From Minutocellus sp. GHC0000111 (Eukaryota), in assembly GCA_977018835.1 (NCBI GenBank), contig OZ361258.1, positions 1,798,001 to 1,862,000 on the forward strand: a stretch of DNA of 64,000 bases, read 5' to 3'. This document shows positions 21,024 through 31,735 of this stretch, in pieces. Positions within the stretch are counted from its first letter, which is position 1, and each line of letters starts with the position of its first letter. The notes under the pieces were generated by a model. The model did no database searches, was not told where the DNA came from, and saw only the letters and a list, made by a program, of their open reading frames with translations. A program made the translations under genes and the position numbers.

Positions 21024-23498
21024 ATGAAGACTCCCAACAACAACAACACAAGAACCACTTCGCGAACGACCCGCTCCGCCACCAAGGGCAGGATGGCCGT
21101 TGAGGATACTCCTGATGCCGCAGATTCGACAGAGGTGACCGTTGCCGGCCCGTCGTCAGGGCCGTATCACAATTACTACGACTTCCTCACATCCGAGGGT
21201 CACCAATGGTCCATCATCATCCTCAGATGCTCTCTCCACCCCAATCCGAACAGTCTCAAACTATTGCACTTTTCTAAGCTCGACTATCCGGATGTGCGCA
21301 GGGGATCGGCGGCGAGCATGGCCTTCAAGAAGTCAAAGGGCAACGCGAAGAGGTACGCAGATGCTCGGACGTGCCTCGAAACAGCCATCCGTCTCGACGT
21401 TCTCGAGACCTCAGCTGTTCCTCATGCTATCCTCTCTGAACTCAACCTTCCCAACATGGCTGGGGCCGGCGCTGCGAATGGCCTTGGCCCTGGAGCTATG
21501 GCCATGCCCGGCGGACATGTTGCCTCTGTTGCCGGCATCGGCCACGTCGGTGGATCCATTGGCGCCAGCACCGCTGCTCCTTCCGCTCTCACTCCTGCCC
21601 TGACTGCTGTTGCTGCCGCCGGTGTCAACGCTGGTGGTATCAACGCCGGTAGACTCGTTGCCGGTGCCCCCAATGTCGCTGGCATCGAAGGTGTTGTCCA
21701 GCCCAAGCCTGAGCCCGAGCCCGCCGGTGATGACGTAGAACTGTGGTCGGAGGAAGATGGCGACCCTGGTGCTTTCGGCGATGAGGATGATACCGCCGCT
21801 GCTGCCATGGCCGCTGGTCCCCATGCCCTTGCCACCTCCCATCCTGTCCCCCGACCTAATCAGCGACGCTCCGTCGTTGGTGTTGGTGGCAAGACCTCGC
21901 GTGCAGGCGCCATCGCTCCTGCCCCTGCCAATCCCAGTCCCTACCGTGGTGCCCGTGCTGGTGGGAACGGTGGCGGAGGCATTGGAATTGGGCGCGGCCA
22001 CTCCCCCGGAGCCCCGGCATCTCCACCTGGCTTCGGCCAATCCACTGCCATGAGTGCACATAAGCAGCATCTATACCTCGCTTCGGCCGCTGCATCTCCC
22101 CGCATAGGATGTAATGGTTTCTTTGCTGAAGGAACCGGTGAGACCGGTGGCATGGGCATGGGGATGGGCGTAGGCACTGGCGGTGGAGGTAAAGGTGGTA
22201 GTACCGGTGGCGCCGATTCGGCGATGCAGCCCTTTGGAACTCCGATCGGTGCTCCTCATGCCAATGTGAAGATTGGTGGCTATTCGACCAGCACCTCACG
22301 CGCGGCCTCTGCTCTTGGCAAAGTCAGCACTACTGGTGCTGGCCTCGCTGGCAAGAACAACGGTGGAGCCAACGTCGGAGCTTATGCAAATGATGGTAGC
22401 GGTGGTGGTGGCTTCTGTATTTCGGCCAAGGATTTCAGCCGTGGTGCCGTTGGTGGCCTCAAGTCCCCTTCTCTCGATCTCAACGTCCATCACGATCAGC
22501 ACGGCCTTGGTGATGCCCTGACACAGCACCCCAGCACTCCCCCCAACAATGGATATGCTCCTTGGGGAACTCCGGCCAGCCGTGGCAAAGGCCGGCGTGA
22601 TCATCGGCGGTATTATCGAAAGCCTCCTTTTTCTCCCTCTGCTGCTGCCACCGCATCTTCCGAATGCGCATCCCTGGGAACGATCTTCCAGCAAGGAGAG
22701 AAGTATTACTGCCGCAACTCAGATGGCGTCCTCGTCGAGCTTCCACTTCTACTTGATAAGTCGGATCCAACCCGCAAGTACCTTTTGCATGACAACAAAG
22801 TCATCGACATCGCTCAACATTTTGACACCGAAGGCCAGCATCTACACTACGGTGACGATAATCCCCGCTACTCTTCTGGTGGTGGCCACCCCGGTGGTCC
22901 TGGTTTCCCAAAAGACGACCGTGATCCCCATTATGGTGGCGACGGTGCCGGTACCCTCGCCCAACGCCGATTTTTCTCTCCCGAACATGGCCACGGCCCT
23001 ACTGTGATTCCTCCGAGCACACCTGCCAGTTCCTTCTCTTACCACCCATCGCCGATTGTTCAGCGCCGACTTCAAGCTTTGGAGAGAGAGCTTTGGGAAG
23101 AAGCGGAAGCACGTCGGAATCAAGCGAAAAGGCAGGAGGAAGAAAATCAGAAAGTGTTTGACGAGCAGCGGGCGCAGAGGGAGGGACAACGCAAGCAAGA
23201 CGAGATGTGGAAGAAGCAAGACGAGATGTGGAAGAAGCAAGACGGGCAGAACGCCAAGACCGACGACGCCATTGCAGATCTTCAAGATGCCCAGAAGGGG
23301 CAAAACGAGCGCAATGCCAAGACCGACGATGCCATCGACCGGGTTGGAAAGCTGGAGGCTGATTTCTCGCAGTTCAAGGTCCAGCAGAAGGAGAAAGTGA
23401 CCAAGCTTGAACGTTTTGCAGAGCATGCCAACAAACGTCAAAACGATTCCGATGCACTCCAAACGAAAATCGTGGCTGAGGTTCGCAAAAATAGCTAG
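21024..23498 (+). CDS. Hypothetical protein: Gly/Ala/Pro-rich disordered middle, C-terminal coiled coil
   Basis: 824-aa intronless ORF with good ATG context (CCAATG); duplicated KQDEMWK and NAKTDDAI motifs; no recognisable domain. Confidence 0.7.
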   Translation: MKTPNNNNTRTTSRTTRSATKGRMAVEDTPDAADSTEVTVAGPSSGPYHNYYDFLTSEGHQWSIIILRCSLHPNPNSLKLLHFSKLDYPDVRRGSAASMAFKKSKGNAKRYADARTCLETAIRLDVLETSAVPHAILSELNLPNMAGAGAANGLGPGAMAMPGGHVASVAGIGHVGGSIGASTAAPSALTPALTAVAAAGVNAGGINAGRLVAGAPNVAGIEGVVQPKPEPEPAGDDVELWSEEDGDPGAFGDEDDTAAAAMAAGPHALATSHPVPRPNQRRSVVGVGGKTSRAGAIAPAPANPSPYRGARAGGNGGGGIGIGRGHSPGAPASPPGFGQSTAMSAHKQHLYLASAAASPRIGCNGFFAEGTGETGGMGMGMGVGTGGGGKGGSTGGADSAMQPFGTPIGAPHANVKIGGYSTSTSRAASALGKVSTTGAGLAGKNNGGANVGAYANDGSGGGGFCISAKDFSRGAVGGLKSPSLDLNVHHDQHGLGDALTQHPSTPPNNGYAPWGTPASRGKGRRDHRRYYRKPPFSPSAAATASSECASLGTIFQQGEKYYCRNSDGVLVELPLLLDKSDPTRKYLLHDNKVIDIAQHFDTEGQHLHYGDDNPRYSSGGGHPGGPGFPKDDRDPHYGGDGAGTLAQRRFFSPEHGHGPTVIPPSTPASSFSYHPSPIVQRRLQALERELWEEAEARRNQAKRQEEENQKVFDEQRAQREGQRKQDEMWKKQDEMWKKQDGQNAKTDDAIADLQDAQKGQNERNAKTDDAIDRVGKLEADFSQFKVQQKEKVTKLERFAEHANKRQNDSDALQTKIVAEVRKNS

Positions 23499-25099
23499 GG
23501 TATCAAGAATCTCAAAATGGCAGAGAAGTAATTACTAGCTGTCTACATTTATGACACATCGCTCGTTTGCTCGTGACAATTAGCAAGGGACATTGCTAAG
23601 GACCACTAGGTCTATCTAGTAGGTAAAGTACTAATGAATGATTGAGCAGTCACATCAAACTACTGTACGGTAGTAATTGGTGTTGACGCCGAATTAGATT
23701 CGAGTGACTGGCATTCAATCCCTCCTTCGTAATGTGAAAGATATAACCTCCCGCGTAGCTACCGCCCTTCGATGGCACCTCCTTGTCGAAAGAGGATTCG
23801 AATTGCAGAAATACGATCGTAGCGCTTTGAGGCGGACGAGATTGTCCAAATAAATTAATGCCGCTGCTCAACGAAACACATTGATGTCGCAGAGATCGAT
23901 CGTTCAAAGAGAGCGAGGGGGCAATGGTAGAACGGTGAGCAAAAAGTCAACCGATATCGATATGTCAAAGCGCCTGGTATTCAGATACTAACATAACATT
24001 CTAACATACCGAAAGCGCCGTAAAGTCCATCGAACACATTCCTACACGCAAATAAGTGCAAGTATGTGTGTAAACAGATATCCTTCAACCGCACCTTCCG
24101 CTACATGTATGACAATTTTCTACATAGACGTTTATAAGATCGACATAATCAGGCGATGAGAAGCGAAGAAAGTAGAACAAGCAAAGCCAACCGCAAATAA
24201 TTACTCATAGCGCCGTTCAGGTCCACTTCTGAAACCTCTAAGCTGCTCGTAGTAACCATGTTCTCGACTCGAATAACGAGCCGATCAATGTAGATGATCG
24301 TTGACAAATCACACTACCGGTACAGTGTGTATGCCAACAACAAACCAACCATCCATGCTGTGAGCTAAGCTCAACCACATGGGTCAATACTTCTCAGAAG
24401 TACCGATATTGACTCATGCTCAAACAGCCATAGATCTATATATATGTAGTTGCTACTCTCAACCTAGCTACGTAGCTACATGTACCTAGCTAGTAGCTAG
24501 GTACCGGTACGTAGGATTCCTTCTAGACTAGATCTATCGCCGCGCCGTGCACTTGGCTGGCCGCCGATGGTGCCCGTACTCAGTATAGGGGATTCCCCAG
24601 AAAACTTCTCATTCATTCCCCGAAATGTAAAGCGGATTCGGCGTGCTACATGTATGCCTCTTCATGCTTACTTTCCGAGAGATCATCTCCTTTGCATTGG
24701 TAGGTGCCGAGTGCCTTTGTTTGCCGTTTTCCTTGCTGCTCCGTGATTGACAGAGGCCAATGCCTTGAGTCGCTCTACCCAGATGGAGGTGGAGAAGATG
24801 GAATCGAATCGTGGTTTCGGCAGGATAATTGGTTGTGTGGGGGAGATGGCTGCCGCAACGGCGAAATCCATGGATTGCTTGGCTGCATGGACGCGAGTGC
24901 ATATTGTGCTGCCTGACTGCTAATCAAGGCAATCATTTTGTACTCCCTTTTTTGACTCTGGTACGAACGTGCGGGTAGGAACAGCTGCCAACGTGCTGAT
25001 CTATTACCTGCCCTAAATTTATTGATTTTACATCTGAACCGATCAATCTAACTGTTTCATCATATTTCCTCTGCTCTCCTACCTCAAACCACAGCAGTC

Positions 25100-25633
25100 A
25101 TGGCTACCAACCACGAAAACAACAATCGCCAGCACCTCCTCGCCGGCGCGGCCGACGACGGCGAAAACCCGGTGGATATTGACGCTCTGATCCGTTCTGG
25201 GGAAGCCCAGATGGCCCAGATGGCCCAGGTGCATGCCACGCTCGGCCAGCATGGCGAGACACTCCATGACCACGAGGACCGCCTTCAGGAGAGAGAGCGG
25301 CGCAATGAAGAGACCGAAAGGGACGTCGACTTGCTCAAGACGGTTGTGTTTGACGGCCGGGGCTTCGGCCTGGGCCTCGGTCAGGGCTTCGGCCAGGGCC
25401 TCAACCTCGGCCAGGCCCAGGCCCCCGCTCTCCAGCGTTCCGCCTTCGCCCGCGTCTTCTTCGGCACCCACAGGGTCCTCTGGTCCGCAATCTCTCTCCC
25501 ATTCCGCATCCTCCGTGCCATTCTCGGCTTCTTCTTCGGTATCCCCCGTGCCGCCCTCGTCAATCTCCTCACTCTGGCCATCATTGGCCTCCTCCTCATC
25601 ATCATCCTCGGCCGCGTCCTCGCCGAGAAGTAA
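25100..25633 (+). CDS. Hypothetical coiled-coil protein with C-terminal transmembrane segment(s)
   Basis: 177-aa ORF with very high GC3, heptads (LHDHEDRLQERE) and a hydrophobic tail LLTLAIIGLLLIIILG. Confidence 0.7.
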   Translation: MATNHENNNRQHLLAGAADDGENPVDIDALIRSGEAQMAQMAQVHATLGQHGETLHDHEDRLQERERRNEETERDVDLLKTVVFDGRGFGLGLGQGFGQGLNLGQAQAPALQRSAFARVFFGTHRVLWSAISLPFRILRAILGFFFGIPRAALVNLLTLAIIGLLLIIILGRVLAEK

Positions 25634-27770
25634 GCGCCATCATATTTCGGCCAATAACAACGTTGTGGGAGATGGTACGTATCGTCCGTCACTCGTCATA
25701 TTCGTTTCAGCATCATGCTGGGAGTGTGGCATCCTCGTCTAATCCAATCCACCGTTATCTCCTCCTTCTTCTCTTGTTGTCTTTGCAGGGGATTTGTCAT
25801 CATCAGCATCTTCACCATCGTCGTCCGTTTCAAGATTTTTATTATGAGTCATCGATCGTCAAGGCCCACCAAGACCACCCAACGAAGTATGGTGCATTGG
25901 ACGCACCTCCTACCTCGTCGTTGGATTTTTTGGGTTTTGAGGCCTTCCCGATATGATTGAATTTCATCAGTACAAGAAGCAATCCTAGTCGTGCCGCACA
26001 TCTCGGTACTCGTCGTCATACTGCGGCCTTTGCCCGTATGCACAATGATGGTGTCATTGAGATGGGCTCGTTGCTTCTCCGTACGTATTTTATTCATGTG
26101 GTTAGTTATAGCAGTATAAGCAATAGTAGCAATACTTTGTTTATCCGATATAGCCCTGTGAGGTCCAACCCATCCGATCGTGTTCCCATTCATTTGTCGT
26201 TTAGTCATCTTTGTTATGATTTGCTTCACCTTTTGTCATTGGATCGTCCAGCATATCATCCGCCGTAGCCATCTCGGCAGCAGCAGTCTTGGCTGCATCA
26301 TCGCCGTTGCCTTTACCATCGCCTGTCGATACAAGCCGACGTACGTCCACGGCCGGCCACTACGACGAAAGTACTCGGCCTGGATCCAACTCAGCGTCTA
26401 CTCGGTTGGTTTGGTTTTGGTAAGGACCGCGCGGATATGCTGGTCCTGGTGGTCACGATGCTCTTACTGGACCGGCATTGGATTCTTTGCTTGGGCAAGT
26501 GCAAATGCATCGGCCCTTCCACCCTCCTCCAACTTGCGAAATATGTGCGTATCACCATCCAACAACGTGCTATCCCTCGCTCAACGACCGGCCGTGCAGA
26601 ACATACTGACAAGTCGTATGCACCACCGATGGCGTGGGGATCGGACGGGTTGGCTGCATGGTCAGCCCGGAGTGGAGGAGATGGGGAAGAGGCCGGCATC
26701 GCATCGAAGTCTCCTTCGCCACAAACCGAAAGCGTTGCAGACCGCCGACGGGAAGGTCCCATCTCGAATATTTGACGCTGCCAGCATGATATGGTCGTCA
26801 TTCTTTTTCGATACATTCCATTTTTCATCTTCTCGATCGCATCATCAGTCAACTCACGTTGCTAAAGTATATTGTTTTGCAGCTTCTATCTCGGTATGGT
26901 TGCGGGGCAGTCCGTCATGAGTCGACTCCTCTGCACCGCCCTTCTTGTTCTCATGCTTGTGTCGCGCAATGTGCCGGTCGACATCGAGCGAGGTCAAAGA
27001 AGCCACCAAGGTTCGAGTTCAAGGTCATGGAGGCATCGTATATATCTACCAATCGTCGGAATCAAAAGTATCCTCGGCCGCCATTGGCCTCTCGCTCCCA
27101 TCGTCCTCGTTGTATCACTACTCCTGGTCCAATGGGAGGGATGAGGCTGGGACGACGGTTGACGCTTGGGCTACTGCGTATCTGCCTCCCCCGGCGTCGC
27201 GTCGAATGAATGAATCATGGTCTTGCTGGTCTCTTTTTTAGTACTCGTACCATGTAGACTACAAAATCAGAGGATAGCAACGCTATCTAGCTAGGCTATC
27301 ATCGCCGAGGCCGACGAGGACGTGCTGTGGAGAACAAGGTTGCAAGGTAGGTCCATATGAGTCTGAGAAATGGAGCGGTATTGCTCTGGCGACGACAGAC
27401 TGAACTTTGTGTGCTTGCTTGCTGTGCGCTGTGAGTTGCAGAGTAGAATGCGTGGCGGGCCCGCCACCTGCCACAACACCAGCACCAGTCTGAGCAGCAT
27501 CCCAGCCAAGAGAAAGTAGTAACCCCGAGCTAGACTCTGGTTAAATAGTAACACGCACATATTGCAGCGTCACTTCTTTGCAACAGGCACATGTGAACAC
27601 ACCACTTGCTCCCAAAGCGTGCGTACGGCCGTCTCTTGCAATCTCGTCAGCGCCCGCGCCGCTCACGAGATCGTGCGTCAGACCTGGTTGGTCAGACGCA
27701 CACAGTCAAAAAAATCAAATTGCCAAAGAGCAGCAGCGTTACGAGTACAGGCGACGGCAAGGGCGATGGC

Positions 27771-30700
27771 ATGGCGGGAGGGGCGCGGCTACGGGAGAAT
27801 GATGCGCAGGATGGCGTATCGTCTTGGCAGAGCGAGACGCTGGGTGACAATGGCGGAACGCTTCTTGGGGAAGAAGGCATGGCGAATGAGGGGAACGACA
27901 ACGATGCCGCCGCCTCTCGCAGTGCGGCGACGGTAGCAGCAGGGGCGTCGAATGATAATGCCGATGATGATCAAGTGACCGCCCAACATGTCCAAGAAGC
28001 ATCGTCGGAAGGCATTTCGCAAGGACAAACTTCAGATGGCGTCGCGGAAGCAGCAGCTGCTGCCGCCAGCAGTGACGATGCAGTTTCCACAAAGGCATCT
28101 GCCTCCTTTCAAGGGAGTCGTCATGGCGGGAACGTTGAAGACAATACCATCAATGGCGCGTCTTCTAATAGTAATCGTCGAGGGAGTAGAGCTGAAGATG
28201 GAGATGGGAATGTAGCCGGAAATGCACCAATCCCCTGTGGCTTCGTCCCACAACGACGACGAAGTTCATCAAGTCTCATGCATTCAGTCCCATCGTTGCC
28301 CGGGGCGTACCACGTCATCCCAATCGATGACCTTGTCCGGCAGAACTCGGAGGGGGCGCAGATTCTTGGACTTGCCGTAGATAATGATGCTCCTTCCCCC
28401 CAACGTCGTGCCTCCCAAACGGACGCATCTCAGAGCAACCTGTCGGCCAGTGGACATCATTCTTCGTCGATTCCAACTCACCTGACGAGTGCAGATACGT
28501 TGGGAGGAATCTCAGAGGTGACACCGCCCCTTCCTGCAATACCAGTGGCGATTCCTCTGCGGGAGGATACCACCACTTCCGTCGAGGCGGTCGTCAACTC
28601 TGCCGCCGTTCCGCCGAGTGCCATGTCTGTTACATCTGAGTTGAGGAGTAAGGATACCATCCTGAGCCGTCAGGGCCTCGTGGAGGAGGTTGTGGGGGCT
28701 TTGCAGCAGAATGTGTCGTCGCAAATGGCGCAGGCAGATCAATTCGATGAGAGTGAGAATGTAGTCATCCTTCGGGGCGTCGGAGGCTCCGGCAAGTCTG
28801 TCCTTTGTTCCTTGGTCGTCTCAAATCAGCACATTCTGTGGCACTTCGCCGATGGCATCGCCTGGCTCTCATTGTCTCAGGTCCGAGGGGAGAGCAGCGC
28901 AAGTATGCCGTATGATACTTACATGGAATATCTCGATTCAATATGTCTGCAGCTCGGCCTGGATTTTCCTACGTGTCATGAGCCAATAATTCTACCAAGC
29001 GACAGTGAATCTGTTCGCCGGAGGAAGATTCGGAGGGCAATGGAGGATGCCAAGCTCGGCATGTGTCGTCTCTTGGCACGTGCAAATGTTCTCATTGTAC
29101 TCGATGATGTATGGAGCCGATCTGCAGTGTCATGGCTATCGTTCAGCAACCGACCAAACAGCAATGTAAAGACTCTTGTTACAACGAGGTTTCGAGGTGG
29201 CTTCAGCAAGGCACAGATGATCAATGTTGGTACTCTCGACGTGGACGAGGCTGTGAAACTCCTTCTTCTTGAGAGCGCTCGTGACTGTTCAGAGCTGAGC
29301 CAGGATGAACGGCTTCTTGCTCAACAAGTCGCCGAACGATGCGGATTGCTACCAGTAGCGCTCTGCATGGCAGGGCGCCTCATTTCAACTGGACACAACT
29401 TCATGAAGGACCTGGAGAAGTTTATATCGGCCAGTGGCATCAATGATCCCGAGGGTAGATCTACAATATTCGATTTGACAGATCGATGCTTTACAGACAC
29501 CGGTGAAGCATCAGATGTAGTGAAGGTGGCATTCGTCGCATTTGCATCTTTGTTTACATTCAACGAAGAAAGACGTGCTCCGGTGCCAGCAAAAACCGTG
29601 GTGGAATTTTTTGACCTTCTTCTACTGGAGAGCGATGAAGCCAAGTTGGCAGCTTCTGGTATAAACGGACCCCGCTCTCTTTTGACTTATCTCCACGATA
29701 TTGGTCTTCTCGAAAGGCGTGGGCATGCCTACCGGATTCAACACGACTTGCATCACGAGTACGCCTTCCATATTTTGAACGATAGAAGAGAGAGGAAGGG
29801 CTTATTTCAGAAACGAATTCGAGCCACTGTAGGAAAATCGCGAGCGAGGAAAAGCGTCAGCGATGCCAAGTGCCTTATCAAAGCCATGCACTGTATCTTG
29901 GGCCACGCATATGGAATAATCGACGCGCATACCCAACCAGATAATTATTGGGCAAGCTTAGATGATGACGGCTATTGCTTTGCCCGTTTACCCCGCCATA
30001 TCGTAGCTTCGGGCTCTCTGCAAAGCGCAAGAATCATGTTGCGATCCGCCTCACTAGCTAAACAACGAGTGGACTCTATTGGATTATGTCCTGCCACCCG
30101 AGCCTACATTGAAGATTTTGAAGCTCTCGGATCAATATCGCAAACGAACAAAGAGAGGTTGGCCACTCAAATTGCCATTAGTGAAACAGTTGAGATAATG
30201 TGTGAGTTCATCAACGGCGAGTCGGTAGATCCATCATTTTCTGGAAAGGCATACGTGATGCTCGCTCTCTACTTCCAGCACCACTTTCAGTTCAGTGAAT
30301 CGATGGGCATGCTCTCCAAAGCTCTCGCCACCTTGCGTCGCAAGGGAAAGGGAGAAGACGATTCAGAAGTGCTGCGGATAAGAGAACTTGCAGACAATAT
30401 TTCATTGGTTCCTGTTGCCTTGGTGCCCAAATCGAGCAAGTCTGTTGATATCATCCGATTTGCAAAGATCCCAGAACTTTTGGCCCAGCAAGAAAAGGGT
30501 GCATCGATACAATCGGGCAGGGGAATTCCAACTGCAAATTCTTTTGACGACGATCATGTAAAGCTCGAACTCAGTTCTCACCCCGGGCACGCTATCTGCT
30601 TTGACGAAGGATCTCAAACGTATCTTGGATTCAAAAGCCGCAGACTTGTCATCGGCCCAATCGAATCGGCAATTTCTGTCGTTTACGATACAAAGGCGAG

Positions 30701-31541
30701 GCGCTTTTTTGTTCCGGGCGGACAGCTTTCATATTTATACTGTGGACCTTCCCACGGAAACGAGGGAGACTTGTTATATGTTGGCATTCCATCTCCAGTC
30801 ATTTCTGCTCTTTTGCCTGTGACTTATACTCGAGACAACAATGCTGACCTGATTGTAAATGAGGATGGAACCATGTCTCCGAGGGCATCTCCAGGTCTCG
30901 TCCTTGCAGCAAAGACGACGCCCCAGACCGTACTTGTCAAAAGAGACTCGCCTTGCCGTCTTATTTTGGAGCACGGGGCCAGCTTACGGCAGAATCAGGC
31001 CCCATCTGCCTCGCATGATGCAGTCGTTGAGAGAACAAATGTGTTCCCGTCCGACCTCGCATCTCACCCAGGACGAGCGCTTGTTTGTGACTCGGAGCAG
31101 CGCGGAGGACACCTCTTGGGCTGTGTTTTAAACCTGGATAGTGCAACTTCGCCCGATGCCATTCAGCTGGTGTTCGATGGCAAGAAAGTTGGTGCAGTAG
31201 TTGAAAGAGACGGCAAAATTCATTGCAAGTACAATTTTTCAATGGCGCTGGGCAGCAATTATGGGGCGAATGCACTCCCATTCGTCGTTCGAGACTCCAG
31301 AAGAAAAATGTTCAAGAAAGAGTCTGCATTTGGGCTCTATTGGATCCTAAACTCCGACGGCTCAATCAGCCCTCTCTACGCACCCGACCGAGCGCTTGGA
31401 GTGCATTGCCTCGGTGGTGCAGAACCTATAATCAGTCCTGAACAACGGGCGTTGGCAAGGGCGGAAGCGAAACTATTACGACAAGACGGACGGGCAGACA
31501 AGCTCAAGCGGGGAATTCTATTTTTGTGGTTGGTCATGTAG
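27771..31541 (+). CDS. NB-ARC (STAND) NTPase, NLR/APAF-1-like, with disordered N-terminus and duplicated beta-rich C-terminal module
   Basis: Walker A GVGGSGKS (28776-28799), Walker B LIVLDDVW, RNBS-B LVTTR, GLPL-like CGLLPVAL, MHD-like QHDL, helical domain DGYCFARLPRHI, TPR-like helices, and two copies of LxSHPGxA.....NxDG(T/S)(M/I)SP...L.L. Confidence 0.9.
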   Translation: MAGGARLRENDAQDGVSSWQSETLGDNGGTLLGEEGMANEGNDNDAAASRSAATVAAGASNDNADDDQVTAQHVQEASSEGISQGQTSDGVAEAAAAAASSDDAVSTKASASFQGSRHGGNVEDNTINGASSNSNRRGSRAEDGDGNVAGNAPIPCGFVPQRRRSSSSLMHSVPSLPGAYHVIPIDDLVRQNSEGAQILGLAVDNDAPSPQRRASQTDASQSNLSASGHHSSSIPTHLTSADTLGGISEVTPPLPAIPVAIPLREDTTTSVEAVVNSAAVPPSAMSVTSELRSKDTILSRQGLVEEVVGALQQNVSSQMAQADQFDESENVVILRGVGGSGKSVLCSLVVSNQHILWHFADGIAWLSLSQVRGESSASMPYDTYMEYLDSICLQLGLDFPTCHEPIILPSDSESVRRRKIRRAMEDAKLGMCRLLARANVLIVLDDVWSRSAVSWLSFSNRPNSNVKTLVTTRFRGGFSKAQMINVGTLDVDEAVKLLLLESARDCSELSQDERLLAQQVAERCGLLPVALCMAGRLISTGHNFMKDLEKFISASGINDPEGRSTIFDLTDRCFTDTGEASDVVKVAFVAFASLFTFNEERRAPVPAKTVVEFFDLLLLESDEAKLAASGINGPRSLLTYLHDIGLLERRGHAYRIQHDLHHEYAFHILNDRRERKGLFQKRIRATVGKSRARKSVSDAKCLIKAMHCILGHAYGIIDAHTQPDNYWASLDDDGYCFARLPRHIVASGSLQSARIMLRSASLAKQRVDSIGLCPATRAYIEDFEALGSISQTNKERLATQIAISETVEIMCEFINGESVDPSFSGKAYVMLALYFQHHFQFSESMGMLSKALATLRRKGKGEDDSEVLRIRELADNISLVPVALVPKSSKSVDIIRFAKIPELLAQQEKGASIQSGRGIPTANSFDDDHVKLELSSHPGHAICFDEGSQTYLGFKSRRLVIGPIESAISVVYDTKARRFFVPGGQLSYLYCGPSHGNEGDLLYVGIPSPVISALLPVTYTRDNNADLIVNEDGTMSPRASPGLVLAAKTTPQTVLVKRDSPCRLILEHGASLRQNQAPSASHDAVVERTNVFPSDLASHPGRALVCDSEQRGGHLLGCVLNLDSATSPDAIQLVFDGKKVGAVVERDGKIHCKYNFSMALGSNYGANALPFVVRDSRRKMFKKESAFGLYWILNSDGSISPLYAPDRALGVHCLGGAEPIISPEQRALARAEAKLLRQDGRADKLKRGILFLWLVM

Positions 31542-31735
31542 AAGAAAGAGAGGTTGTATCTCTATTCACCATAACCTACTTTTGTGCATAAAAATTGAGC
31601 TAGCTACTAGCCTTGGTATCCATGTAAGAGAGATATGTAGAATTTTGGAATCGGAAATATCATCTACTAGACTAGCAAATACTTGATGAATATTAGGTAC
31701 AGGAATTTTGTAAATTGTACGATTCAATCAATTAT

